From contig NW_024705348.1 in NCBI RefSeq assembly GCF_018977255.1, positions 1 through 52,586 on the forward strand: DNA of 52,586 bases, given 5' to 3'. Below, in pieces: positions 10,566 to 24,700 of this stretch (position 1 is the first letter of the stretch; each line of letters opens with the position of its first letter). The notes under the pieces are model-generated. The model saw only the letters and a program-made list of their open reading frames with translations, did not search any database and had not been told where the DNA came from. Position numbers and translations under genes: made by a program. Source of the DNA: Callorhinchus milii. Its lineage: Eukaryota.

Positions 10566-11811
10566 TGAAATCTTATCAATAGAACAGGCTTAGTATACTT
10601 CTGTAATCATTTACTCAATATAAACTGCCCTCAATCAAGAGCCAACGATATAAATAACTGCTTAATTTAATTCCTAATGGAGAACGACAAAGCTTAGTAA
10701 TTAAATAAGTTTCAACAATATTTTATTTCTTTTAAAATCATGTTAGGTGGCGTAGAAAATAAATCTTTACGAATGTAAAACCCATCTTAAAAAGGCTATA
10801 AATACACCAAAACTCTACAAGAGTTATTCAGTAATAATAATTTAAATTCACTGGGTCTTAAATTCTGTCTCCAAATAAGACGGCTTCATTGTCTGCTATA
10901 TTACTCGCCATTACATTTAAATTATTATATCTACTCTTCTAATGTCTCCTTTGAAATGTCCATAATTCTCTGACTTGAGCATGAGAACCAGGTTTTAAAG
11001 AGCAGAGGTGTTAAGGAGTGTTGGTCAATGTTGATTTTAAGAAATCTAAGATATCTTTTGTATGTACTCAGTAACATTTTATAAATGTAAGTAGGAAATG
11101 TACCAAGATACGTGATATTTCAAACGCTGAAAACGGTTTGACACTCATCATAGCTTTTAATATACTGATATTATCCTTGATAGTAATCCACTTTTCAATA
11201 AAAAATAAATTTCATGAATTCTATGCCAGGCCATTTCAAGTTCAATACATGCAATGTATCAATTAGCTAACATGGAACAATTATCACTTACATTCATAAA
11301 ATGTTACTGAGTACATACAAAAAAATATCTTAGATTTCTTAAAATCAACATTGACCAAAAACACTCCTTAACACCTCTGCTCTTTAAAACCTGCTTCTCA
11401 TGCTCAGCCATAGAATTATGGACATTTCAAAGGAGACATTAGGAGAGTAGATATAATAATTTAAATGTAATGGCGAGTAATATAGCAGACAATGAAGCTG
11501 TCTTATTTGACGGAAGAAGTTAAGACCCAGTAAATTTAAATAATTACTGAATAACTCTGGTAGAGTTTTGGTGTATTTATAGCCTTTTTTTAATATGGGT
11601 TTTACATTCGTAAAGATTTATTTTCTATGCCACCTAACATGATTTTAAAAGAAATAACATTGTTGAAACTTATTTCATTACTAAACTTTGTCGTTCCCCA
11701 TTAGGAATTAAATTAAGCTGCGTTTGATATCGCTGGCTCTTGATTTAGAGCAGTTTATATTGAGTAAATTATTACAGAAGTAAACTAAGCCTGTTATATT
11801 AATAAGATTCA
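10566..11811. repeat. AT-rich foldback: ~525-bp inverted arms around a ~190-bp spacer
   Basis: 10566-11092 is the near reverse complement of 11286-11811 (e.g. ttttaaagagcagaggtgttaaggagtgtt vs aacactccttaacacctctgctctttaaaa). Confidence 0.9.
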
Positions 11812-12387
11812 TCATCAGCGTACTCTGTTGAAATCTGTGAATAACATTAACTAGGATTTGTTTTACACCATGACACTTAAACAAATACTGAATGCAGGCC
11901 ACATGACGCACTCAAAATGTTGTCCATCCCTAGCAGGCATATATGCATCTCTGTTAACCAGGCTGTTGCTTCCAATGCATTTGAAAATTGTGAAACCCCA
12001 TACAGCAATAAAGCATTTGCTGATGTTCCAGCGACTGCACTGGCCACATTGAGTAACAACCTACGCAACAAATCTCACTAAAAAGTGCTTCTTTTCTTTA
12101 ACACAATGCGACCTAATATGGGCTTAAGTGTCAGATCTGACTTTAGCCATTGGGACTTTCGTACTCTTGTTTTCAAGTTTTTTTTACTGTGCAACGTAGC
12201 CTTTTAAAGTGCAAACTCTATAATGTATAAGCTCGTGAACTCCCCGCCAAAACATTAAGTCTCGGCGCACAATAGCAGATGTTGGCTTGATTACGGAGCA
12301 CATACCCAATCTGTGTGACAAATAACAAAGTGGCATGGCAATCGCTGCCTGTCCCCGGACTGCTAATAAGTGCGGCAAGGCACTTAC

Positions 12388-12540
12388 GCTCCACGGTATG
12401 GAGTCGGTGAACAGCAGGTGGGCAAAGAGCTTGGCCACGTTGCGGAGTTTATTCGTCTCCAGCCGGTGGATCGCCTCGTACTGCTCCCTGAACAGAGCCT
12501 CGTAGCTCTCCATGTACTCCTTCTTCAGAAGGGAAAATCT
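12388..12540 (-). CDS. CWC22: CWC22 internal coding exon (RFSLLKKEYMESYEALFREQYEAIHRLETNKLRNVAKLFAHLLFTDSIPWS)
   Basis: 153 bp/51 codons, phase 0-0; acceptor tttcag, donor gtaagt; contains the conserved IHRLETNKLRNVAK motif. Confidence 0.96.
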
Positions 12541-12960
12541 CTGAAACCAAGAAATGCGTGACAATTATGCGAGGGGTAAAGCGCAATCAAAAGTAAAAAA
12601 GGTGAAACGTCTTTTTTTGAACAAAATATTCGGATTGTATTGAGTTTCATAAAAAACACAACGGAATTTTTTTTATAATTGTTATGAGGTCGTAAAAGGT
12701 TTAAAAATGTGCAGCCCTGCAATCGTTTGCTCATGCCACTGCTGGAAAAAGGGCCTCCACTTAAGGGAACTATGGATAGGCCCTTTAAAGGGTATTTTTG
12801 TCGACTCTTACTTGCTGGCCAAACCTCCTGGAAGGGGTGGGAGAGTTCCTACACTTTATCCCACCACACACAACCTGCCGATTGAATGAATGTGGTGTAT
12901 CTATCTATATTGCTTCGTGGACAGAGGCAGAAAATTTTTAAATACCTGCCCATTGTTTCA

Positions 12961-13033
12961 ACTGGCGTGCCGGGGAGATCAAACCGGTGACCTCTATATT
13001 TAAAGTCCAGCATGCTTCCAATTACACCAGCAA
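12961..13033 (-). mobile_element. Degenerate tRNA-derived SINE head
   Basis: Minus strand tggtgtaattgg (A-box-like) and ggtttgatctcc (B-box-like) at tRNA spacing. Confidence 0.5.
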
Positions 13034-13169
13034 TTTTTTTTATTACGACAGATAAAACTCTGTAACTAAATGAGAGCCCATTAAGACAATAAAATAACAA
13101 CATTTTGCAATGGAAACTGTGCTGTGTGCAATTAAGATAGAACAAAACAAGTGTAGATGTATCCCTTAC

Positions 13170-13247
13170 ACCTGCCAGAAGGCCAAAAAACTTTTCGTAT
13201 GTCCTCTGTTGAGCGCAGCAGTCCAGAATCATGTTGCATAACTCCTT
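13170..13247 (-). CDS. CWC22: CWC22 internal coding exon (KELCNMILDCCAQQRTYEKFFGLLAG), MA3/MI domain
   Basis: 78 bp/26 codons; acceptor ctgcag and donor gtaagg on the minus strand; peptide matches the vertebrate CWC22 MI-domain sequence I recognise. Confidence 0.95.
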
Positions 13248-15007
13248 CTGCAGCCACAGATTAAAAGAGTAACAAAAACAACTTTCATCAGCATTCATAG
13301 ACGTCAAATCGAATTGCCAGCGAATAACCATTTGGAACAGCGTTGTAAACACTGTGCCTTCACAGTGCCATGCTCACATGCACATACCATAGACACGCAC
13401 CCATTCAAAATGTCAAGTGTAACACACAAAGTTATTTTCTGCAACAAATTCCTCTTTTTTTTTAAACGCATTTCTCAGAACCACAAATTACATATCCTCT
13501 ACATGCCCAGAATCAAATACCGTACAGTGCAGATTTCTACAATGATATTTCAGAACAACAAAGAACATTTTGTGTGAAAGAAAAGCAACAAAAAAAGAAA
13601 AATAGATGTTAAAAATAGATGTGCATGCCTCCTTTTATTGCCATTGCCACCTTTTACCGAGAATGGCACACAGCACTGGCCTTCTCATAGGATTAAAATC
13701 AACACGGGTAGATAAGCACTGCCCCGGGTGGCTGCCAACCGGATGCATTATCACATCGCCAGCGGATTGGAAATGCAAAAAGAAGCCTTCCTGATCAACT
13801 ATGCTGGTCATGCCACACGAGTATGTGTATTTTGATATTGCCTGTAGGTCTCCAAGCATTAAAAAAGCATGCGTAAGTGCACAGACGGGAAGGTAAGAGA
13901 AATGTTGACTTTTCCAACATTAAACAATTCAACATTTAATTTCAGGATTGGTTTAAGTGCTATGTATATCTCAGAAAAATCATACAAAGTGTACAAGAAA
14001 AGGATGAATGGCCGATGAGTAAAAAATATATACAAATTGGTTGGAATTGTAATAAAAATTCGACGTAAATTGGTATGAGAAACAGTGTCAACATTGCAAG
14101 GCCAAACCCTTTAACACTAAACTCATAAAAAACCACCAGTGCAGCACAATAAAGAACAATAATTCAGAGTAAATAACTCGGCACAAAAAGATGCATAACA
14201 AAAATGAGTCAATGCAATTATAATCAAAACCCACCACTGAATGAATGTGCACAATTTTAGTCAGTGGAAACAACACCTTAGAAATTACTAAGATTTACCT
14301 ACGCTTTGAAAATTCTCAAGAAATCAAAAAATGGGCAGACTGCTCTAAAGGCACCATCAAAGGGTGAAAATTGTGGCTTCTAGGACGAAGCAAATCGACA
14401 GCATTTCCCAAATTGGACGATTTTAAACTTCATCCACTGAGCCGACTGCAAGTGCTGTTTCTATTTACTGCATTTTCTTTGTGTGGGACAGAAACCACAT
14501 GTGGATACAGACTATTGAGAGAACAAAATAAGGACATGTGTTTTTGAAGGTCTCTCTAAATATCAGAATGTACAATGCTCTGGCATAGCTTCATTGGTTT
14601 TTTAAAAAATTAGCCACAAGCAATACATAGAAACAACATAATTATGCATTACCCATTTTCCTGTTAAAAATAACACTTTGAAATGGGGAAATAAAGAAAT
14701 AATCATTGAGAACATTTTATGTTTTCATTGCTTTTTTTACGTGACATTATTTCCTTCTGTTTCTTTCTAAAACTAGGTTTGTTTTTTTTGGTAATGAGAA
14801 CATTTTTTTACAAATATGTATGTGTGAAGTGCTCTGTTATTCTGCTGCTGGATTAGGACCCATCAATAACCATGAGGGTCGAGTTATTTGACCACACTCC
14901 AACACGCTGTTAAGTGAAGGTTGAAGGCGGAAAGCATAAATATTAGAGCATAGAGTACAGTACATCAATGGAAGTTGCTGCACTGTCCTTTGGTTCCCAA
15001 CACTTAA

Positions 15008-15129
15008 GCCCACCAGCAGCCTATAACAACCTGTTGTGTTCACCCAACCAAGCATTATCCAGGCTCAATCCTGCTCAGCTTCCAATTTCTGACGAGACCA
15101 AGTGCATTGAGGGTGACTTGGTCAAAGGC
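15008..15129 (-). pseudogene. 5S rRNA-derived sequence (pseudogene or SINE3-type head)
   Basis: Minus strand gcctttgaccaagtcaccctcaatgcacttggtctcgtcagaaattggaagctgagcaggattgagcctggataatgcttggttggg is colinear with vertebrate 5S rRNA but heavily substituted. Confidence 0.85.
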
Positions 15130-16369
15130 TTCGGAACATGCAGGTGAATAATGAACAAACATCAAACAAAACCATGTACGACTTTACAAAAAAAATTTGT
15201 TAAAAGCAATTCCCTCCCGTCGAAAAATTTTCCCAAAAAATGCGATAGGAAAAAAAGAATTGGCCGTCCTACATCTGACGGACAGTTTTATCATGGCCCA
15301 AATGTGTGAAAATATAGGAACATTTTCTATCAAAAAGTAGTCAAACTTGAAGGCACAAAGTTGGGAATGGTCGGAACGAGGCCATCGAGTGCGGATATAG
15401 CGTTTCCTGTCCATCTCCTACAAGCCCTCCACATGCCACTGCCAAATGTGCCCGTGTCAGGGTCACTAGCTTTCTCCGTAGATCCATCTTATCTGAAACG
15501 GTCTAGCAAATAATGGTGACTACAGACACCCATCGAAATTGCCAACACTTCTATAAAAGTGTATTTTTTTTAATCAGTTATGACATTTGCGTTTGATTGC
15601 TCAAATTCTACCAAACATGTACAGCCTTGCAGAGATTACTTGTTGTGAGAGCAAGTCACAAATTATCTTGCTCAGAAAAAGCTGTCGTGGCTTTGGACCT
15701 GACAGGATTTGGCATTTGTCGATGGGAAAGCCATGGGGGGGGGGATTTGCTCACGGCTTCACAGTTCAATTGCGGTATATTCCAAGGCTCTGGCATGCCG
15801 TGCTTACTGCAAGCAAGACGGACCCCAATCGAATTCAGAGACACAACACGTTCAAGGAACAATTGTCAAAAATGTTTCTTGCCGAAATATTTTACCAAAT
15901 AAAACCATACGTAGAAGGCACTTCGACACATACACGTCACACACATTAAGCCATAAAGCCAATTTAATTGTGTTCACGAGTTCAAGTAACAATCGCCAGA
16001 CCGAGGTAAAACATGGGCCTCATATGTAGGGGATTTGTTGGTCATCTGCCAAAACCAATGCCTGTGCAAAACGCCATTTTGCACTGAATTCTATCAAGCC
16101 TGGCTGAGCTTTTACAGTGGTATTCGGGAAAAAAAAATATTTGCTGAGTGAGCCCCTCTCTCATCTTTGCTGCGGAGGACAGCACAGTCAAATAGTTATT
16201 TAAAATAGATATTTAAAGGATATAAGGCGAAACCCTGTGATGTCAGTTTCCAGACTATCCCAAATGTGGCCCTTGTACAAGCGCATGGTTAAGTTAATAA
16301 TCATGTGTAGCAAGCCCAACTCACAAATAACACGTGAGAATAATTAAACATTATTTCAGCCCTATGTCA

Positions 16370-16485
16370 TGAATCCACAGGGCAAGATCAAATATCACTC
16401 ACCACTGATATTCACGGAAGGCTGGGAATTAAATTCCGGTTGGCAGGTTCAAAGTGAAATGTGCTAACCATCGTGCTACCACACC
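16370..16485 (-). mobile_element. tRNA-derived SINE, same family as 49566-49760
   Basis: tRNA-like head then aatatcagtggtgagtgatatttgatcttgccctg, matching aataccagtggcgagtgatatccaactggccctg at ~49636-49670. Confidence 0.65.
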
Positions 16486-17650
16486 AGAATAATAACACAC
16501 CTTAAATGGACATACCGAGTCCAGACATGAGTAGAAAAAAACGCAACAAATTGCAAAACTGCAATCAATAGAATGCGAAATTAATTCCAGATGTGAATAT
16601 CACTGGATTCATTTTATATATATATACAGCAGCTGCTTCTAAATGTAAGAGACAACATTTTAACTGGGGAGCGTGGTCAATTATGAAGCACACATTCTAT
16701 TCAGTTTGCTCATGAATAATAATGAGAGGCTATTGCTAAGAAAGATTAATCCTCGTTTCACACAGCATATGGTATGTGCATGTTAAGTATAATGACTACA
16801 GGTGTGTTTTACTATTGACACAGATGGCCTTCTTTAAATTTTTAAGTGCTGAGCTTTACAAGAATTCACCGCACAATGTATCTTCAGAGAAAAATAAGAG
16901 CATTAATGAAATTATAAACAACGCAGTGCTGGTTGTGCAACTAATGATTTTTCCTTAAACCCCTCAGTTATAAAAACCATAATTCTTTATACGTTGCAAA
17001 ATAATGCTGTATATAGTTTGCAATGTGGCCTGAACGTGAGTAACCATGCCCACTGAAAGTCTAACAATGCAATACCTATTATTAGCGTTCCAATGCACAG
17101 CCTGGCTCATATCGTGCACAATACAATTTCTCAACTAATCATGATAATTTCACGCCCCAAAATTGGCAGCCAGATAAAATTAGCTCCATTTATGTTTCGA
17201 CAAAAGTAAGCGTTTCAAACTTTGGAAGAAGCAACAGTAAATGTGTCGATCGATTGTGGTGAACTAAAGTGTGGATCCTCGTGCCTATGATAAGTCACCT
17301 GGTCAGAGTGAAATAATATTCTATGTGGATGGATAGTGAACAGTGAGCTGTAACAACTAACCAGACGTGTGAAACTACGCACGGTTTCAGATAGTAGCTG
17401 GGTCAAAATGCTATACTTTCTCCAACCAGAAATTCAAATGTATGCCTGTTGGAAACTGATATTCGGCTGATGCAATGGTATTATTTGCACAAGCATGGGA
17501 AACGATGAGTTCATTGTTTTTACGAATACAACATTTACCAAAAAATGTATCTGCACACGTGAGCTTGCAACAGCGACTCTGACGATAAAACAGCAACAGC
17601 GACGAATCACTGTGCAAAGATCATTATAAGGCAAACATGTTACACAATTT

Positions 17651-18030
17651 TGATGTAAAGCTTTCGTGACTGCAGGGATTCATATTCTTGGTTCTTGCTG
17701 TGGATTTCACACCTGATGATTGCTTGTGTTGCAGTCGAAACGTCGTGAGAATTTTATTGTTTTATATTTTTATTATTTCCCTTCTATGTGACTTTACCGA
17801 AAGAACCAAGAATATGTTGCAAAATCTTACACGATTCATAATTTTTTTTTTATTTAAGCCTTCGTGACTGCAGGGAATCATATTCTTGGTTCTTTCGGCA
17901 AAGTCACGTAGAAGGGAAATAATAAAAGAATAAAAAAAAATCTTTATAAAAAATATACAAATATAATATATATTTATTATTGTATTATTTCCCTTCTACG
18001 TGACTTTACCGAAAGAACCAAGTATATGAT
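17651..18030. mobile_element. Cluster of Penelope-like pLTR fragments in alternating orientations
   Basis: Minus 3' end 17651-17695; plus copy 17696-17815 with hammerhead motif at 17709-17748 (3-nt deletion after CTGATGA); inverted pair 17878-17922 / 17983-18030. Confidence 0.75.
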
Positions 18031-18079
18031 CATTAATTGGCAAATATTGGCAATATTTGGCATCATTGTCACTCCTTGT

Positions 18080-18701
18080 GGTGCTGCGATGCCACAATCC
18101 ATGTCCCTCCTGCATATAAACCGATCTTATCAATCCATCTCTGCGACGGTCAACCTCTGGGGCATGATCCCTCCCCCCGGTTGGCAACCTTGATTAACTG
18201 TCTTGTCCATCGTCCCATCAACCATTCAAGTGATCTGTCCTGCCCTAGCCCACTTACATTTCCTCACAGTCACTCCGATGTCTTGGATTTGTGTTTGTTC
18301 TCTGAACCATGCGTTTCTTTTTCTGTCTCTCGGTGTAATTACATGCACTCGCCTCCCATGCTTCTTCATGTAGTCGGCTACTCTTCTACTTACTATTTTA
18401 GTGTTCTCGTTTTTTCACTCCATTTTTCATAATGCATTATATCCATTGCTTTAATGACTTCCTCTTCAGCCACAATATTGTGTTTTTTTATTAGTATGTT
18501 ACATTTTTCCAAAAGCACTCCAACCTGCACTCGCTTGCCTCTATTTCATCATTGATCTTGGAGTACCACCCCTTTGGTATTTTTCCTAGAAAGAGACATA
18601 CATAGTTTGTGTTCCTCCTACAACGATTTTTTTTTTACTCTGAAAAGTTGTTGTAAACAAATTTCATTTTGCTCATATTTATCATTATCCCAACCAAAGA
18701 G
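18080..18701 (-). mobile_element. Degenerate RTE-clade LINE ORF2 3' region
   Basis: Minus-strand remnants AGWSAFGK, LKRK, TPRDRKRNAWFREQTQIQDI, KWARAGQ and CPRG*PSQRWID match RTE C-terminal motifs; runs into the N gap. Confidence 0.75.
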
Positions 18702-18731
18702 NNNNNNNNNNNNNNNNNNNNNNNNNNNNNN
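18702..18731. other. Assembly gap (30 N)
   Basis: Run of 30 n. Confidence 1.
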
Positions 18732-21700
18732 AATATCCATTTGCGCTTTCGGTATCGAGCATAGTTCCACATTTACAATTGAGTGCCGGCATTGGGCATT
18801 CCGTGCAATAGCCTTCGTCAAGGCCCCTTGCCCTGGATAAACAGCACCGCAAATGCCCCGTCGGGAACTTACACTCTCCAAACTGATCTTCCATCATGCT
18901 ACCGCTTAGACTAGGCGTGCTTTACTTTTTATTTAGCGCCGTATCCTGATGAGCACAGAAGGCCTTGAGTAAGGAGATGCGTCCGCGGCATGTCCTTTGG
19001 ACAGTTAGGAGTACGAAAGGTACTACTCGCAGGGTGGTTAGCTTGATGCAGACATGAATATTATGGCGGACGTTTAATCGAAAGAAGCGCTCTAGTTTAG
19101 AGGATCGCCTGGGCCGTAAACGAAGCAACCCCGGGCCACCTTCCGTGCTTTATCCCAGCCTGGTCGTACCCATAGGTGGTTGAGACCCCTTAGCACCTGC
19201 ACCGATATGCCATTCACTACAGTCGAACGTCAATTGTTAAGACAAGACGTGTATCATCTATTTAAATAGCGCAGTTTATCAGTATTTCAATGGAAAAAAA
19301 ACCGTAGTGCCGATGCTACCGGTCCAGCCCTTTCACTGGACCGCATTCGGGTCGGACTGCAAACGTATAATGCTATCATTCGAGCATGTAACCTAGAGAG
19401 CGAGGAATAAGCGTACATCACGTAGAGTGAAGGCAACCAGAAAGGCCGATGGAGAAGTCGCCTTCTAGTTGCATCCTGGTTCAGCTGCTTTAAGTCCTGT
19501 TGCGATCAACTAGACACCGTGACGCGTTTAATTGGGATGCTCCTTCATCTAATAAGGGGAACTGCAGGGGGACGTTTCTGCCACTATCGATCGTCGTTCC
19601 GAGTCTAGAAGGTCTTTCGTGATGCGTTTTTAAGGGTGGTTTGCCCTAGCTATGCAACGCAGTAGGAGAACATCTGTTTAAAACCTAGGCCCTGCGGTCT
19701 TTATTAGTCAGTTTCACTGGGCCGCGAGTTCCATCCAAATCGAAATCTAAAGCTGAAGCGGATTGGCTGTCGGCCTCTTGCTAGTTATAACGGGACAACA
19801 GTGGATAGCTATCAGACCTTAGCTAAGCGACCCGTGGAGTTAACCGTTGTTTATGTTAGTATCCTAAGCCTAGATATAGAAATGAAGCACTCTAGTCCGA
19901 ATGGCCACAGGCTCCCTTGGATACGTGTAGGGACATGGCCCATATCGTCTAATGCTCATCCAACGGTTGAGACGACTATGTGACTGCGAAGTTTACTCCT
20001 TTGCTATTTGGAGAGCATTCTCCACCACGAAAGGGATTCATGCATGAAAATATGTCTACAAGGCGCCTGCCCCGTTCCAACGTATGAGACTGGTACTGGC
20101 GTAATCAGGTTTTGGAGAAAAGGTTCTAATCTAACAATGTTACGGAGTACTAAAAGTACTTGGTACTCTCTGCGAGCTTGCATGTGTAAAACCCTGCCAG
20201 CCAGGGGAAGGTGTCCTTTCAAAAGAATATTATTACCCTAGTCTAACATGCACATTATCCCAACTCTGTTCGTCGTAACCTGTCCCTATTAATAGCATGT
20301 ATCGAGCGCATAGATACGAGCACCGGGTTGTGGCGATTACGAACGTGTGGCTGGCTGCTGGGGGCTATTGTCAAGACGCGATCGACAGCCAATCCTCGTG
20401 ATGATTTAATCCGCCGGCGCCCTTGTAAAGCACTGGAAATCGCTCCGTACCGGCTCTAGCAAACGGTCGGACCAAGCGCTTGGGAAAACTTGTAAGATTT
20501 AACCGTTTCATGGCGTTAGCTCCTGTGCGTGACTTTTGCATAGATGTAGATGTGATCTGGCTAAATGCCGACCATATATGCAAAGTGCCTCATCTGGTTG
20601 CATAGATGCGTGTTCCGGTATCGATGGTTCTGAGCTCTGCTGATACCGGTGGTGAAGACCGGTTAATCATGGCACATTGCGTCCAAGTTGAATAACGTAT
20701 ACCTATAGGCTTAGGATATAAATTAGAGTAAGGGTTTAAACCGGCGTCGTTAACTATGCAATCGATACAATTATTATGCGGCTTGGCATGTGTGGCAATT
20801 ATGCTGTAATGTGCGTTCGACTGTAGCGAAACCCACAAACCATCAAAAAAGGTAAAAGGAATCCGGTCTACACCTACTGATTTTGGGCGCTGAGCCAGTC
20901 TAATCCTAGTGACGTCCAAAACGGCGACGGGTGTGCCTTACCAATCTGGAGCAAACGATCCAGGTAGTGTAGTGAGGCAGGAACATGTTTCGCAAGCGTG
21001 TTGACTGAACAGTGGTAATTAGCTGTGACCGCGATAACAGGATTTGAATAGTGCCGTCACTGGATCTATGTGTCAGCTTTGAAACAATTGAGTCCCTGAT
21101 TGCCGCGAGACAGTTTTAAAAATGTTTAAATCTACAGGCTCCTAACTCGCTGGTCCTGAGTAACCTCAGCAGACTACTTTGCCTATTTGGGGACGGAAGA
21201 TGCCTCGCTAATGGTCAGCGATGTTTTTGAAATAATCGCTTTCCGTGGACAGGGCTTATGCAATTCCAAAAACGGCCGGCACACATTCGAGATGGCAGGT
21301 CAATGGAGCGACGGCGGTAAATCCCCCTCAGACGTCACCAAAAGATGGCCTTGATGGGGAGAACGAATGTTTGCTGCGCCTTTACTCTTGCACCAGAATC
21401 TGGTGGTTCCGACTGTAGTAGGAATAGTGGGAAGAACGGAAAGGGAGCGATCTAAATATGGTACGTACGCGACAGACTTTTAGAGTGCCGCTGTGCTTGC
21501 GGTCTTTGGACTCTGACGCGGGGTACTATCCAAAGCTGTTTTCCTAACGATGGGCACCGGACTTTGAGCTTCCTCTAACGGTTTCATCCAGTCACCGTTT
21601 AATATGGGTTATGCCCAACTGTGCTTCATATAACATGTGCCGGTAGTTAGGTGCCCAAGGGGTTTTGGGCGGTAGGCACGGGTCCTGACCGAGAATCTGG

Positions 21701-24700
21701 TCCTAGATCCACTGATTATTGTCTTATTATCACGATCTCCAGACGTGAACTGGTCTTTTGCTTGACTGGTCGATGGTAATTGGAAAGAATCTTTCGTCGG
21801 CATCTATGTCATCACCCGTGAATAGTACTGTATTTTACGTGCCAAATGATTGCATGAACTGAACCGCACATCAGCGGTAGCATATCTATGCTCGATTCCG
21901 TATAACGGTGGCGGTAGCAGCTACAGGCTAACTTGGAAGTAGAGACATTAGATCTGAGTTTAACAAGAATCGGAACTCTTACTAGAAGCTTCCGTATTCC
22001 TAAGATCGTCAACGATGTTTTGAAATGTGCTATCATGCGGCCTTAAAAATGGTCGCTGATAAGATACGGGGCCTGGTGAAGTCTACTTCCAGTCTGGTCG
22101 CAGATGGTTTTCTACTCAGGTGTCTGTCGGGGGCGTCGTAGAATAAAAATTGGCGATCGGCAGAGTGGGTGCGAGAAACTTGTAGCGGTTTAGGAAGTTA
22201 AGTCGGGGAATCTACCGTGCTTCTATAGGGCCACCGAAGCACATCTGGGCACCGGCGGGCCTCATGTATCTGGCGGGGGTGCAGCGATGTCAGAAAAGGC
22301 GGATAACCTAGAAACCTACCAGCGGAAGTGATTTAACACGATATGGACAGTGATCAGTCGCACCAAGTTGACTGCCAGATTAGGCGAGTACGAATCGGGC
22401 TAGCAGAACCTACGAATCGGAGTGGTTAGGTAAAAGGGAATCGAAAGCTACTTGGGGCCATGATGCGTAGATCGCGCAGGCGAGTATGTCCCCTAAGTAG
22501 CTGCCTAGCAGGGCCTGAAAATGGACACCGCGTGGTACGACTAAGTTTAAATTTAGCACACTACAACCACGGTTATTTTACAGAGAAGGCCGAATTCCTC
22601 GCTTGTTCAAGAGTAGGACTCACACGTTCTGACGAATGACTGATCACTCTTATCTAGACATCCGCGACTGACCAAGAAGATCTTAGGTTATATGGCGTTG
22701 TACTGGTAAACAATCTTGGCCCGACGGGTCGCACGTCAACGTTTTTTTTGTCGAGCACTACCTGCACCAAGTTTGTCGAAACTGATCGATTGTGAGATTT
22801 GCATGTCAAACCAGAAATTAGTCACGCGCGCACGACTTCCCACAGTGGCCGGACCAAAGTTGTATTTTCTTTGCTATCTGCATCGATTGGGCATAATGCG
22901 TTGGGGCACACGCCCAGATCCGCATTGCTATTCCCGTAATCCCCGTGTCTTATGCTTGAAACCGCGCTGAACGCCTTTATCGTAACGCTACCGCCTAGGG
23001 GACCCAAAGGATCAGCTATGTATACATCCTCCCGCGCGAATTAGATACTGGACACTGAAGTGACTCAACCATACCTACAGATTAACACTATTGCAAAGAC
23101 TAGAGTCTATAAGAATATTCATCCCCGCGAGCACCCCTTCTATGCCTATCGCGCACCCCCGTGACGTCTTCTTCAGTCATCTTAGGGATGGCCGTTAATG
23201 TCATAGTAAGAGTGAGACGTAGCAGATTTTACCCGTCGCCGATCTACTCTAGATAGCGAATCGATGTGCTGAGCCGAGTGAGGTTATACAGGATGGTAGA
23301 TACTGGAGGGCTCATGGATTATCCCCGGCCGAATTTTTCCTTTATGGGGGAACCTTTGGTGATCCCGAGGGTGGTGGACATAGAATTCTGAAGGCGGGCC
23401 CATTCGGTCAGGCCCTTCAACATCGGCTAACATGTTCACTGGACCTAATAAGGTTTGCATCGGTAGCGAGGCATTCCAGCCAAACCATTGTATGAGTAAC
23501 CTAAGGTCCCTAAGAGAGTTGAGGGATAAGGTACAATTGAATGTTCTAACCAAGCGAAAAACAATCAGATAAGACTACGTCCGGTCAAAACTCCGTGTGG
23601 ATCCTAGCTAGCCTTTAGGCTATACGGCCCGAAGTCGAGATCTGCCTCCTTTTATGCTCAGTTGGAGATAGTATTTCTGTGTTCTCGTTGGCACGTCTCT
23701 CACGTCAAAGCCCCGCATCCTTGGGCGCAGACTGCATACGGAATTAGGGTGGTTTTCAACCGGACCGTCGCTCAGCATCCACGGATGCGCTCGCTGATTG
23801 TACGTAGCGATGTAACCGCCGAAATGTCGGTGGGGACCGTCCGTTGGTTAGTCACATCACTGGACGGTAGTTAATGTCTCGGCGACGCACAGCGATGACG
23901 GCGTGCTTGGTAAATATCATTTTAAGGACTAGACACTTCTAGATCTTTCTCCAGGAAATTTTGCCCTATCCATGAGTACTCATCGCGATTCGGTGAGGTT
24001 AGAGGCTCAGCCAAGATGGGTTTAAAGAAGGAGTTAGCAATTTACCAGTGAACTGGGACAGGGACCAGCGTGAGCGCGTCTGTCAACGCTCAAAATCGAA
24101 TCACTTAACCCTAAGGTAAGCAGGGCTATGCAGTAACTGAATATTAGGCTAAAGTGCAAGGCTAGCCCATCTGCTACTTATTTGATATGCTTCATCATAC
24201 GAGCCAGTGCAGCATTCGAAGACTAGAAAATTGAGGCCATGGAGTGTCGGTGTCGTCCCCCGAATTCCACGTCTGAGAATTGGCCATTCGAGAGTTGCGG
24301 ATCTCAGGCGTCAGCAGCATGGTGAACGGAAATTAGTAATTCCTGTAGTACAATAAGCTAGGAGAATGTAGAGCCCGGCCTGAGGTAGAATGCCCAGGGG
24401 AAGTTGGCGTTCTTCCGATAGGAACATTTTGAGGTCAAAGGAATTGTCGCCAGTAAAGCCGCGAGAGTGTTTGGTCACCCCTCACTAGTGGATGGGCTTA
24501 TGTTTAGTCCTACAACGTTCCTGGCGTCTGAAACCATGTGGCGAATCTGATTGATGAGTCAAGCTAAGATCTACAAATCTAACATACCCCGACGCGAGAT
24601 GCACCCCGTCGGAACAGCGGCTTTACATGGAGGGCCCATTGTCCTTTATCCAAAACAGTCGCGTGCTACATCTAGTCCTGAATGAGTGCGCCGGCTGACG

